In this document: positions 14,447 to 28,000 of the stretch, piece after piece
How positions within the stretch are numbered: the stretch's first letter is position 1
How the letters are laid out: each line of letters starts with the position of its first letter
Assembly: GCA_003344405.1 (NCBI GenBank)
Contig: NOWV01000012.1
Location: 496,001-560,000 of the forward strand
Reading direction: 5' to 3'
From: Trichoplax sp. H2
Taxonomy: Eukaryota
DNA length: 64,000 nt
Translations under genes and position numbers: made by a program
Notes under the pieces: model-generated
Databases searched by the model: none
What the model was told of the DNA's origin: nothing
What the model saw: the letters and a program-made list of their open reading frames with translations, nothing else

Positions 14447-14665
14447 ATTTGCAAATGCATTTCAATATGTTGTTTTGCTTGCGCAACAATCAAAACAAAG
14501 ATGAGAGCAAGCAACATCGCATTAATTATCGGCCTTCATTTGCATATTCATGACTAGTTCGGTCACTATAGCAACTACATTAGCAGCCAATCACCGACAC
14601 GTCTGACGTTATCATGATTAATTAAGTAAAAACTGAATGCCAATCAGATCTTCGCTGGCCAATCG
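14447..14665 (+). promoter_or_regulatory. POU gene proximal promoter with octamer/MORE element and CCAAT boxes
   Basis: ATTTGCAT at 14538-14545 within ATTTGCATATTCATGA (14538-14553); palindromic ATTTGCAAAT at 14447-14456; three GCCAATC motifs at ~14586, 14639 and 14658. Confidence 0.55.
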
Positions 14666-14746
14666 TGGTAAACGTGATAGGGCATCTTTCAACACATTAA
14701 TGTGTGTGTATCTGGCGGCTAAACCTTGTAGCGAGACCGAAGGAAG

Positions 14747-15847
14747 ATGGCAGCCCCTTCCAATCATTATAGCGTGACTGTTTCTTCTACGGCTTCTACG
14801 AATGATCCAAGAATGGCTACGCCAATAAATGTTCAGAGTCAATTCGCACAAGTGCATAAAGTAGTTCAATTTCAGGATCCTAATCAACAAGTACAAGCTA
14901 ATGTTGTCGGTGATAGAATGGGAGGCAGCCGTATGCCTCCGCCTCAACCGTGGCCTTTACCGGAAAGCGGCGGCCAAGTTCCTTGGCCAGTAACTACAGC
15001 TACTTCTCAAAATTTAATCGATATCAAACCGCATAGGCATGAAGATGGTCAAGTAACTATGGCTGGTCCTATACCTTTGCATGCTCGCCCTCAATTAGTC
15101 CCAGCACATGCGCATCCAGGTATGATGGAGCATCCCCGCTGGCCTACAGGACCTGCTGCAGGACAAGTTCATCCTGATCAGAGATCGCATCTAAATGCCA
15201 ATGCACAAATTGCTTATCCTATTAATGGTTGTGTACCTGGCCAAACGATGCCGTCTCATGTTGGTCCTCCACCACCACATATGAGAGAACAACGTGAGAA
15301 CGATAAGCCAGGTAATGAGAATCAATCGGAAGACACACCCACATCAGACGACCTAGAACAGTTCGCTAAGCAATTCAAGCAGAGGAGAATCAAGTTAGGC
15401 TACACACAAGCTGATGTTGGCCTTGCTTTAGGTAGCTTGTACGGTAATGTTTTTAGCCAGACAACGATCTGTCGTTTTGAGGCTTTGCAACTTAGCTTCA
15501 AAAATATGTGTAAATTGAAACCGTTACTGAACAAATGGCTTGAACAAGCCGATAGCAATAATAGTAACCCAAGTGCTGTTGATAAAGTAGCAACGCAAGG
15601 AAGGAAGCGTAAAAAGCGTACCTCTATTGAAGTAGCTGTAAAAGGAGCCTTAGAAAATCATTTTCTTAAACAATCTAAGCCATCTGCACAAGATATTGGT
15701 TCATTAGCCAACACTCTACAATTAGATAAAGAGGTTGTGCGTGTATGGTTCTGTAACAGGAGGCAGAAAGAGAAACGACTTAATTCAGCAATGTCAGGTA
15801 ATGGCGAGGATTCACATTTATTGGTGGAGTCACAGATGAATCAGTAA
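14747..15847 (+). CDS. POU3: Class III POU-homeodomain transcription factor (Brn/POU3F-like), single exon
   Basis: 366-aa ORF with a POU-specific domain ([28 protein letters not shown]...[25 protein letters not shown]), a class III-type linker ([17 protein letters not shown]) and a homeodomain ([15 protein letters not shown]). Confidence 0.96.
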   Translation: MAAPSNHYSVTVSSTASTNDPRMATPINVQSQFAQVHKVVQFQDPNQQVQANVVGDRMGGSRMPPPQPWPLPESGGQVPWPVTTATSQNLIDIKPHRHEDGQVTMAGPIPLHARPQLVPAHAHPGMMEHPRWPTGPAAGQVHPDQRSHLNANAQIAYPINGCVPGQTMPSHVGPPPPHMREQRENDKPGNENQSEDTPTSDDLEQFAKQFKQRRIKLGYTQADVGLALGSLYGNVFSQTTICRFEALQLSFKNMCKLKPLLNKWLEQADSNNSNPSAVDKVATQGRKRKKRTSIEVAVKGALENHFLKQSKPSAQDIGSLANTLQLDKEVVRVWFCNRRQKEKRLNSAMSGNGEDSHLLVESQMNQ

Positions 15848-17853
15848 TTGAAACAAAAAAGCACTTCAACCTATTACTTTAAATTGGGAAATTCATTTGA
15901 TTCGCTCACTCTTTTATCTTTCGAAAGTTGCTGCTACTACTACAGTGAATTAGTAAGTTGGTAAAACGAAAATTTGACGAATGAATGATAGCTTACAGAT
16001 GAAGCATTCTATGAACCGATTTAATCAATGAAAGTGCTGTATGTAGTACCGTACTTGTTTTGTGTTATTTTTTCTAGAGTATATTGTACGTAATTAAGCT
16101 CTGTTAAATTTTTCGCTAAACATCGTCAGTAATGTACTTGTACATTGTCTATTATCTAAGAATATTATTAATGTAGAGTTTCTACTATCTAGTTTAACCT
16201 GCATGGCAGTTTTCGTGTACTGGTGTCTAGTTTTTGAAGATGGCTACGAAAGAATTTTTTTATGAACTTCAGTTATACGATAATAGCCTAACGACTACTA
16301 TACCGTACAGTTGGCGCTTTTTGTGATATTACCTTTTTTATGTAGACCAAATCGCTTTTTAATACATGTCATTAACCGTGGAAAAGATGAACGAAATGTA
16401 GTCGTTTTCGTTGTTTCTGATGATATCAGTTGATCATAGCCTAACTTCCTCATCTTTTGTTATCCTGTATGATCTACTAAGAATATAATTTTGTTGATAG
16501 ATAAAATAATTATGTCAGCACTGTATTGTCACTGTACAGTCTGTATTCTAGTCGGCGTTTGTGCAGTGAAATGTAAAGATACTGTATCATAAATGGTAAA
16601 TGTAAAATATAAAAACAGCCAGTGCAGTCCGCTAGCACCGTCAATGATTACCTATTTGAGAGCTATGTCGAATAATCGAAACGATCATACTGTACTATGA
16701 GTTTTTGTTTTCATAAAGGGTCGACTTTTGTATCGTGATATCATTCATATCTGTGATAGTGTTGTGTTATAATGTCACATTGATACTGTACGCGTATATA
16801 AAGAATGCTGTATTGTGTCTAATTTTTATTTTACCCTTCCTGCCGTCGTTTTTATTTTTAAGCTGTAGAAAAAGTGCAGCGCAGTATAGTATACGTATAG
16901 CTGTACTATACTACTAACATTTTTGTTTCAATTGCCTCGTCGCAAGGGTATTATTCATCAATGTGGCTTATAATTTCTCTTGGACGATTGTACATAGGTA
17001 TTCGAGATGTAAAAGTAGCAACGCTAACTTTGACCAATTACTGTATCTGTAATGTAGTTTCACTATAATTTCAGATATGCCCTCAAAGAACGATCTGCCA
17101 CTTTACTCTGTACTTATTCAGTTGCAGTTACATTAGTGTACCTATAGACGAATGCTTCTCACTGTGATACAGTGCGACATTAAGCGTTGTACTGCAGGTT
17201 GCTGATGTAAATGATGACAGCATGTTCTGTTCTTACATTCTTATCAATTAAACAGCAATAAAATGAAGAATTGCAATCTGCAAACTGACTAAAATTATAC
17301 ACTGCCCTACAGTACAGTAGCATGTACGTAGTGCATTTTTTAATCTCCAGTTCATTAATAGGTATCGGTTATTACCGTTCGTGAGGGTATATCTGCAGTG
17401 ATTACTATTCTGCTGCGATGATTACAATTTTAAAATTATAAATGAACAAATAACTACTGTAATGAGTAATCGTTTTCATAGAGCATTACTGTATCTGTTA
17501 TTGTATTTGTTACTACAGATTTTTTTTAAGTCTGCTTACGGCACCGATAAAGATATACATCTTGATCTTATTTTCAATAAAGGCATCTTACTACCTAAAT
17601 TTGTTACGCTTGCAAGATTTTGCCGTGATGATAGTCCAATTATTATATGTTTGAACAATGGTTTGATACGCATACCACTACTTGGTCGTAATTCTACGTG
17701 TGGCCACTTGTCTTCCTAATCACTAATCAGTACTGTTGTTATCAAAACAGGATTCTGGCATTACGCAATCTCCATCTGCCGTCACGAGTTATTCTTGTAA
17801 AAGAGCAAAGTGAGGCTGACTCCATCAATGCTATTTACATTACAGTTAAGACT

Positions 17854-20537
17854 TCAGAGGCTCTTTTCTTTTGCCTTCTGCACTAAGCACAGTACTACCA
17901 TCGTGATGGTTTTACAATGCAGTGTGTATATTGGTACCTTATTGAATTAATCTAATTTAACAGTAAATGGGAAATATCTGACCTGCAGTAAAAAATGAAA
18001 TGGCTCACCAGCCATAATTCTTCCTTCGAAGCCTCCGTTTTTACTGTACTGTACAGTACTTTGCACACGGCGTACTGAGCAGAGACTGTACTGTACTGTA
18101 CGGTACAGTACAGTACTGTATAGTCCTTCGTTATCGAGTTAGGCCTGCCACACCTTTGAATTGGCTAACTGTACTGTACTGTGTTAGGACCTGTACAGTA
18201 CAGTACCATACTCAACTGCAGTACTGTAGAGACTCTTTATAAGAGATTACAGTTTTATTAGCCAGTTCAGTACAGTAGTCACTGTAACTTGTATGTGTTC
18301 TCATTGAACCGAATTTTATCAGTTAAACTCATGCATAAGCTGCTTACGAAATATGCTTACATGAAAACTGATTCATCAGTATACAGTATATACTGTACGG
18401 TAGAATTACCGAAATATCAAAATGAGATCAATAAAGGTTGTACAATGTACAGTAAATAGCTATCCATAACGGCAAGAAGATTTACAGTACAATGTGTACA
18501 CTGTACTGTACTCAGTACATGCTGCATGTCTGCCACCTTTTCTGTCTGTCTGAAGTTTTTGTATTGCAGTACAGTACTGTACATATAGTATTGTACACTG
18601 TACAGTGTACCGTTCACGGTACACCACATACAGTACTGTACAGTACTGTACAGTACCGTAGTACAGTACTGTACACTGTACAGTCGTGTACTGTACGGAC
18701 TGTATTTTAGCGTTCAGTATTATAAGCAAAGACTTCTGGGAATCAGGTCCTTTTGCCCTGCTGGCTGTTTCTACGATAGAAAAGAAAAATGGTAGGTATC
18801 AAGATCATCGTGAGGTGGAATCATCTGTTTTATATCGTTAACATCGTTCATTTAATCCTCTTTTTATCTGTAAATTTGATCGTATCGTACATTTTTTTTA
18901 AAAGTTATGATGATAGCAATGTATTTTTAAATTGTAAAACGTTTTTATAGCACCATTTTAAAGTGCGTGTCGTTTGTTTCAGTTCAATACGGTAGACAAC
19001 CTAACGTGGTTCAGTCGACTCTCCACTGTGTTAAAGTAGAAGATATAGTTTGTTGTAGTCCACTATACTGCATTAAATTCGATGTGTATCTGGATCTAGT
19101 TTTAATTTTCAAGTTATTTCTAANNNNNNNNNNNNNNNNNNNNTCAGAGGCTCTTTTCTTTTGCCTTCTGCACTAAGTACAGTACTACCATCGTGATGGT
19201 GTTACAATGCAGTGTGTATATTGGTACCTTATTTAATTAATCTAATTTAACAGTAAATGGGAAATATCTGACCTGCAGTAAAAAATGAAATGGCTCACCA
19301 GCCATAATTCTTCCTTCGAAGCCTCAGTTTTTACTGTACTGTAAAGTGTACAGTACTTTGCACACGGCGTACTGAGCAGAGACTGTACTGTGCTACAGTA
19401 CTGTACAGTACAGTACAGTATAGTCCTTCGTTATCGAGTTAGGCTTGCCACACCTTTGAATTGGCTAACTGTACAGTACAGTACAGTACTGTACTGTGTT
19501 AGGTCCTGTACAGTACACTGTACAGTGTACAGTACAGTACCATACTCAACTGCAGTACTGTAGAGACTCTTTATAAGAGACTACAGTTTTATTAGCCAGT
19601 TCAGTACAGTAGTTACTGTAACTTGTCTGTGTTCTCATTGAACCGAATTTTATTAGTCATTCATCAAGTTAAACTCATGCATAAGCTGCTTACGAAATAT
19701 GCTTACATGAAAACTGATTCATCAGTATATATACTGTACGGTAGAATTACCGAAATATCAAAATGAGATCAATAAAGGTTGTACAATAAATAGCTATCCA
19801 TAACGGCAAGAAGATTTACAGTACAATGTGTACACTGTACTGTACTCAGTACATGCTGCATGTCTGCCACCTTTTCTGTCTGTCTGAAGTTTTTGTATTA
19901 CAGTACAGTACTGTATAGTACTGTACAGTATTGTACACTGTACTGTACAGTAGTAGTCTATGTCATCCGAGCTTGTAAGTCTACAGTGAAAAGTCATATT
20001 CGCTACAGTACGAGTCACGCCCATCCCGCCATGTACAGTATTTTAAACACTGCTGTACAGTACAGTACCGGACAGTACAGTACTGTACACTGTACAGTCG
20101 TGTACTGTACGGACTGTATTTTAGCGTTCAGTATTATAAGCAAAGACTTCTGGGAATCAGGTCCTTTTGCCCTGCTGGCTGTTTCTACGATAGAAAAGAA
20201 AAATGGTAGGTATCAAGATCATCGTGAGGTGGAATCATCTGTTTTATATCGTTAACATCGTTCATTTAATCCTCTTTTTATCTGTAAATTTGATCGTATC
20301 GTACATTTTTTTTAAAAGTTATGATGATAGCAATGTATTTTTAAATTGTAAAACGTTTTTATAGCACCGTTTTAAAGTGCGTGTCGTTTGTTTCAGTTCA
20401 ATACGGTAGACAACCTAACGTGGTTCAGTCGACTCTCCACTGTGTTAAAGTAGAAGATATAGTTTGTTCTAGTCCACTATACTGCATTAAATTCGATGTG
20501 TATCTGGATCTAGTTTTAATTTTCAAGTTATTTCTAA
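17854..20537. repeat. ~1.3-kb direct duplication flanking a 20-N assembly gap (probable uncollapsed haplotypes)
   Basis: 17854-19123 is repeated at 19144-20537 and N20 occupies 19124-19143. Copy A ends exactly at the gap and copy B starts exactly after it. Both copies contain RPS4 exon 1. Confidence 0.9.
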
Positions 20538-22740
20538 GTTTTACATACAGCATCTTTTACATCATGCTGAGTGCAGAGAATTTCAAAATCACTTGATATG
20601 GCTTGAAATAAGGTGTTACGGTACGCGTATACTTTTATTAATAGAGCGCCATTTGTAATTGAACTCATTTAGGCACGAGGCCCAAAGAAGCACTTGAAGC
20701 GTCTTCATGCGCCTAAGCATTGGATGCTTGATAAGCTTTCAGGATCATTTGTGAGTAGATTTATCATCTAATGATAGTTCGATTCTTAATTAATCTTTGT
20801 CAGTAATCACGATGGCTGTGTTTCTTCATGATTTTACAACTGAGTGGGCAGACCAAAGCGTGTACGAGTATCCGGCTTTCAGCTCAGTATTGCAATTTAC
20901 TGTAAAACTACGGATACTGTAGTTTAATATTACAAATTGTTTTAGATCATCAATTAGTAATATTACAATATTTGTTACCTGGGTTGTACAGTATAGGCAA
21001 TAAGCTGCATGAAGACACTATTGTGATATAAATGAGCTGATTACGAAATCATCCATTCACGGCTGGTATCATTCACTATTATAAATATTACAGTAAACTA
21101 TGTACGATAGAGTACAGCATACATACTGTACGTAATGTATAAAGTAGTTCAGTTTTGATCTATTTTTGCTCTATACACTATTTTATGTCCCTGGCAGTTC
21201 TACTATACCGTATTCATAGAGTTTGTATTTATACACAGTTGTAAAGTAGTTACCATACTATACTCCTTTAGTAGACTCTCGTGGTATGCTGAACTAATGG
21301 TTTGCAACTTTACACTGCTCATAGAATCGGTTCATTTGCAAACTAAAGTTAGACTAGATCTCGAGATCCACAATGTAGTTTATTTCATAGCGAATTTATC
21401 AAGCTTGCAGGTCTTTAGCTTCCATCAATGAATTATCAGTTTTAGAAAGCTGAGATGACAAGCATATTTATGCATACGTATACGATAGTTATAGCTAATC
21501 CCTAGGCAATAAATTTTACCGATTGTCCAAATACTATGTCGTATTTACAGTAAACAAACACATGCTTACAACAAAGTTCTGTCGTTGAAATTTTAAAAAT
21601 TTCTGATTAAACTATGTGGATTACTTAGCTGATAAACTAATGCTTTATGCGCTTACTATTTTAGGCTCCTCGCCCGTCTTGTGGTCCGCATAAATTTCGT
21701 GAATGCTTGCCCTTAGCTATTTTTATGAGAAATCGTTTGAAATATGCGTTGACATATGATGAAGTAAAGAAAATTGTCAAGCAGCGTCTGATCAAGATTG
21801 ACGGAAAAGTTCGCACGGACATCACCTATCCGGCTGGGTTTATGGGTGAGTATTTCGTAGCATGGTTTGTTTATATAAGTTGCATTACACTCTTTACTGC
21901 GAAATATTGCCTTCATTTATACTACCTTGTATAATAATTAAAATTTATAAGCGCTTAGTACCCGCGATATACATTATGTTGTACTGTAATTGTATAGTAT
22001 ATGGATATAGCTTTCCAGATATATTTATGGTTATTTAGTCAAGATACTAGTTAAATACGTAGAATAGTAATTGATTAATCTTTATACTAATGTTAACAAT
22101 TACATGATTGATCCCTTTTCCTAGATGTAATTGCTATTGAAAAAACTGGAGAAAACTTTCGTTTACTTTATGACGCTAAAGGTCGATTTACTGTTCACCG
22201 CATTACGCCTGAGGAAGCATCTGTAAATATGATCATAGTTACAGTTTTTCGTGATATGATTGGTAGGTTATAGCTCTTGGAATTAATTTTATAATTTTTA
22301 ATCATTAGTACAAGTTATGCAAGGTGAAACAACTTCAAATTGGCGCGAAGGGTATCCCATATGCAGTAACCCATGACGCTCGTACTATTCGTTATCCTGA
22401 CCCATTAGTTAAAGTGAATGATACCATCAAGGTTGACCTTAAATCTGGAAAAATAACCGACTTTCTCAAATTTGACAGTGGTAATCAAGTTATGGCAATT
22501 GGCGGACGTAACATGGGTAGAATTGGGGTTATTACTCATCGTGAACGACATTCTGGATCTTTTGACATCGTTCATGTCAAAGATGCCCAAGGGAACGCCT
22601 TTGCTACGCGATTGACTAATGTGTTCGTAATCGGCAAGGGTACTAAGCCTTACGTTTCTTTGCCTCGTGGTAAAGGTATTCGTCTGACAATTGCGGAAGA
22701 ACGTGACAAACGTTTGCAAGGGAAGCAATCAAATATGTAG
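20203..22740 (+). CDS. RPS4: 40S ribosomal protein S4 (eS4), 5 coding exons
   Basis: ATG|gtaggt at 20203-20205, downstream of a pyrimidine-rich TCT-like start (~20162). Exons: 20673-20750 ([22 protein letters not shown]), 21665-21845, 22125-22222 and 22309-22740 (...[20 protein letters not shown]). Confidence 0.97.
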
Positions 22741-24003
22741 ATACTTATAAACTGTGTTAAATTTTCAATAAATATCGATTACCTGATGACTGGCACGTTA
22801 GTGTGGCTATAATATTGTTCAACGTAATCCAAAGTTGGTGATTATGATGGTATTTTAGTGTTCACTTTTCTATCATTTCAACATTGAATGATTAGTCTGT
22901 CAATGAGTTATGCGATTGACTGAAATTAGGACTCTTACTCTCAATTACAATCATTTCTTAGTAAGATCACCGGGTACTGTAATAAGTGTACACTCGAAGT
23001 AGAGTGGTAGCACTAATGTGAAATATAACTTGTCTCTTTTGCATTGTGCGAATATGCTCCAGTCCAGATATGACTGTATAATATCGATTAATATTATTAT
23101 CAAGAGTCTCATTGGCACGACATAATACATGGGTTCGGTTAGTTATACAGTGTACTGTATATAAACTGAATAGCAATAGTAATGTGTAAGTATTTTATAT
23201 ATTTACTGGGCTATTGCAAATTGTGAATTAGGACGTCGAGAAGCGATAGGTTGTTGAGCTAGTACCGTAGAGGTAAAAGCTTTTTTTACTTGTATGGCTA
23301 TTCTACTACATACTATGCAATTCAGCATAAGCGGCATCAAAGTGAGTGAATAGCGAGCGAATCAACACTGTAAGCCTTGTGTAAATTATGAGCAAAGCGG
23401 CATGTAGATTGTACACTGTACAGAACCAATGCATTTAGGTATCCGTGATTTGGCACTACGAAAGATAACTAGGAAACTCGAGTGGATCAAGCCAATGAGC
23501 AAACGTTTCTTGTCGTCATGTACAGTACTGTACTATATACATTAGTTATTTCCATGTGACCTATCTAAAAATGCCTCCGAAACTCCTTTCTACTTGTATT
23601 CTACTGTACTTGTCTAAGCCAATTTGCCAAGTTTTATGGAAATGAACTAAGATGTTGGAAAAGTGTTTGATTCATTTGCATAGGCACTAGCAGATATGTT
23701 TGGACAAGTACTGCACATTGAAGATATACTCATCTACTCATATACAGTATAGCCGTTTCAGCGGCATTTCTGGATAATCGTATGTCATAGGGAAATGACT
23801 GGATGTAGTCAGGGGCTCTTGAAAATGCGGATTTTCTTAGAAGCCTTAGATGCAGTGGATACATTAAAATGCGAAATCATCCGGATGGCTGTTCGGTGCT
23901 CAGTGTGGCATGGTCTGAACCTCTAGAACTGGAGGTCCATCGTCCATGAGATTAGAACTGTCGTCAACTATAGAATGCACTGGAGAAAGTTTTTCTCACG
24001 TGC

Positions 24004-24880
24004 AAAAGCGAATGCAGGTGTATACTGTATAGTACACTTGTTGTATACAGTACAGTAGAGGGTCTCTGGTATAACAGTACTGTACACTATTGTACAGGTC
24101 TGTATACTGTACAGTAGAACCAATACAGGTAAAAGAAAAAAAAATCTTTCCTTCTCGAGTACAGTACTGTACTGTACAGTACATCATACGGTACAACACA
24201 GTACATTATACGGTATGCTACAGTACATTACACGGTACTATACTGTACTGTCCTGGACCGCGCCGTACCGTACTATACTGTACTGTACACTCAGTGTGCT
24301 GTACAGTGTACAGTACAAAAGCGAATGCAGGTATACTGTACTGTACTGTATACTGTAGTACTGTACTGTACACTTGTTGTGCTGTACGTAAGTACACTGA
24401 TAGTGTAGTATACAGTACTGTACACTATTGTACAGCCAGTACAGGTCTGCCATATAGAACCAATACAAGTACAATAAAAGAAAAAAAATCTTTCCTTCTC
24501 GAGTACAGTACAGTACATTATACGGTAAAAACAGTACACTGTACGGTATACTACAGTACATTATACGGTACTATGCTGTACTGTCCTGGACCACGCCGTG
24601 CCGTACTATACTGTAGTGTAGTATACTGTACAGTACAGTACCGTATTGTACTGTACAATGTACTGTACTGTACTGTACTGTATACTGTAGAACTAATACA
24701 GTACAAGTAAAAGAAAAAAAATCTTTCCTTCTCGAGTACAGTACGTTATACGGTGAAACACAGTACAATGTACGGTATGCTACAGTACATTACACGGTAC
24801 TATACGGTACTGTACCGCACCGTACAGTGTACAGTACACTATCACGGTATGACCACGAGGGCTTGCACAGTACAGTACTG
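24004..24880. repeat. Degenerate ~3-copy tandem repeat saturated with TACAGTA/TACTGTA/TACGGTA modules, upstream of CCT8
   Basis: Anchor aaaagaaaaaaaatctttccttctcgagtacagta at ~24131, 24476 and 24709; aaaagcgaatgcagg at ~24004 and 24317; ctgtcctggacc occurs twice. Confidence 0.85.
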
Positions 24881-25060
24881 TCAAAAAGTCGAAAATTGCT
24901 GGACAGAATCCAGTACAGACTTTACGGTCAGAAAACGTGGAAGATCGCGCGTTACCTTTAAGCACATTTCTTTGGCATTCTCTGCTGTATCAATTGATTC
25001 AGAATAGGAAATTTATTGCAGAAGTAAAATCATATAAAACGCCAGAGAAATACTGCGAAA

Positions 25061-28000
25061 ATGGCTCTTCATATACCTCGTGGGATGTTACAAACTATGA
25101 TGAAAGATGGCGCAAAGGTAAAATGAAATTTTGCATTCAAGAAAAGTCTGATAGTGTGCCAATATTACCTGAAAATGACAAATTGGAGACCAGTTGACTG
25201 AGATAGATAGACTTAGATATTACTACTAAAAAATATCATTCGATAGTGCTATCCTTACAATGATACAGTCATAAATTATAGGATGACTTTAAGTATGATA
25301 GTCCACTATGGAGTGCAGAAGAAAGTTGGATGTAGAGGTATTGATCGATGGATATCGTAGACTCGACTAAGGTGGTCTTTGACAAATTGGAGAGGTAGCC
25401 GTACGCTATACTGTAGTTACTTTTCACGAAGTGTATTCTGCGATACTGTACTAGATAGACAGCCTTGTAGTCCAGTTCTTCCACCGATCTGCTGCCTAGT
25501 GACGCTTTATCCAGCGATAAAGTTATAAAATTTCTTACTTTATACATCGCTTTCAAAGAGTCATGATATACGATTATGTAGTAAACAACGTATAGAAGTA
25601 AGATAAATGAAAGATATGTAATTGGGTCATACAATTATTCTAAATTGACATTTTTGATGTAATTCATCTGATGTTCAAACCACTATTGAAATAAATTTGA
25701 ATTTATCTTCATCTGTTCATCTATATTTGAGGCATAAGCAATGCTGTACTGACTTTATTCTCCTATAGTATAGTACAGTAATTAACTCATGGCTTTTATA
25801 ATATCAATTTCCAGCATTTTAGTGGCTTTGATGAGGCTATCTTGCGCAATTTAAATGCCGCTAAAGAATTAGCGCGCATGACGCGGACTTCGTACGGCCC
25901 AAATGGGATGAATAAAATGATTATTAATCATATCGAAAAATTATTCGTTAGTAACGATGCCGCAACCATGATTAAAGAAATGGAGGTAAGTTCGTAAGAT
26001 ATTCTCAAATTAATTTTTATTTAGTTTTCTAATTATACTTATTCAATGCTAATTCCCTTGTGTGCTAATTAGGTTCAACATCCTGCTGCAAAAATGCTTG
26101 TGTATTCTTTACAAATGCAGGAGCAAGAGGTAACCGATCACACACAGTACTTTATCTCCAATATCAATTACTTGCCAAACAAAAACGACTTTTGTTCTCG
26201 CATAATCGTTTTAGATTGGAGATGGAACTAACTTCGTAATCATATTTGCTGGAGCGTTATTGGAGCTAGCAGAAGATTTACTAAGAATGGTACGTTGCAA
26301 AAAACAGTCACAACGATACAGTACACTAGTTGACGTATGTTCGACAATATCGTCAAATTGAAAGAGTACGCTCTTTTCTCTTGCTACTGTAAATCAACGC
26401 ACTATTTACTGTACATTACTAAATTAAGCAAACTTTGTATGGTACCGTGCATCAGATTGAATTATGATTATTTTCATCTTTGTTTTGATAGGGTTTATCA
26501 CCAACCGAGATTATTGAAGGGTATGAAATGGCATGCAAAAAAGCGATTGAAATATTGCCTGGTAACCAATTGCCGTTTTGACAATTTGTGGCTTCATTAG
26601 TGTTCCATTTATGATAACGTAGAAATTTAACATTGGGAATTTACTTTAATCATATCTTTTCTCTAGATCTTGTTTGTGGTAAGGTATCAAATCTTCGTGA
26701 TGAGAGTGACGTGGGTAACGCTATCAGAACTTCTGTGGCAAGTAAACAGGTAAATTATAACGATATTACAAGAGATTGTTTGAATAGGAACTAAGGTCTT
26801 TGTTCTATTTTATTTTTAGTATGGTTATGAAGGTTTTCTATCTGATTTGATTGCTAAAGCCTGTAGTAAGTTGATGGATAATTGAATGTATCCACCTGTA
26901 ACTGTAGTAAAATTGATAACGTAAACTAGGACAGTTGTTGTGGACAGACTCGATACTATTAGTATATTTAATTTTTAATTTGTATTTTTCAAGTCAGTAC
27001 AGTTGGAGCTAGTGATCGTGTTCTCTTCAACGTGGATAATGTCCGGGTGGCCAAAATATTAGGATCGGGAGTTCTCAGATCTAGTGTTCTTCGAGGAATG
27101 GTATTTAGAAGAGGAATTGAAGGCAAGGGAGAAAGTTTTTAAGATATTTACAACCCACGGACTTTTTTAAAATTCTAACTAAATGCAATGTTTTTGTTAT
27201 ACTGCTTATTAGGTGAAATTAAAGAATTGAAAAACGCTAAAGTTGTAGTTTATTCTTGTCCAGTTGATATTAGTCAAACTGAAACCAAAGGCACTGTACT
27301 ATTGAAGTCAGCCGACGAACTATTGGAATTCAGTAAAGGGGAAGAGACTATTCTTGAGGCAGTATGTATACTGTTATGTAGTCCTTATAAAATAGTAGTG
27401 ATGAATGAGTAGATTATTATAATTTTTTGGTCTGCGCGCAATTATTTTCTAAATATCTGTATTCTATTACTTTGAAATGTTTGGTTATTAGCAAATCCAA
27501 GCAATTGCTAACACTGGATGTAATATTGTTGTTTCTGGCGGTAAAGTTGGTGAAATGGCTCTTCACTTTTTGAATAAATTTAAAATTATGGTTGTAAGGT
27601 AAAAGAATACAGTTACATTATTGATTGATTTCTTTGTTGACAGTCATTATAAAGGCTTGTATAAATTTGTAACTTCTACAATTATAATCTATACAGAATC
27701 CCTTCTAAATTTGACCTTCGACGATTGTGCCGAACTGTAGGAGCAACTGCATTACCAAAAATTGTAATATACCTTTGCAGTCATTTCTTATTGCTGTACT
27801 GGTCACTTCGTTAGCACGTATAACTTCATGTCTCGTTCTATTATTTAGATGCCGCCTACAGCGGATGAATGTGGCAGTTGTGATCGAGTTTATTTAACCG
27901 AAATTGGCGATAATACTGTTACAGTATTTGATCAATGTAATTTAATATATTGTAGCGCTATCTATCGTTATATTCATCAATTTTCTGCACTCTATTGCAA

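Noticed and set aside
18789-18791. Second RPS4 first exon as a true alternative promoter
   Set aside because: It lies in a duplicate that ends exactly at the N gap, so an uncollapsed haplotype is more likely.
20321-20400. C-box ATGATGA in RPS4 intron 1 as a C/D snoRNA
   Set aside because: No CTGA D box or terminal stem lies at a plausible distance.
23560-23995. GC-richer stretch between RPS4 and CCT8 as a gene or transposon fragment
   Set aside because: The reading frames I checked are short and I recognised no motif, so no call can be supported.
24090-24768. ORFs rich in YSTVQYCTV (also at 18417-18729, 19860-20255, 52219-52594 and 61157-62334)
   Set aside because: They are translations of TACAGTA/TACTGTA tracts that lack stops in several frames on both strands, with no protein-like features.
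25269-25634. 121-aa antisense ORF in CCT8 intron 1
   Set aside because: It has a non-ATG start and no recognisable domain, and is compatible with chance.
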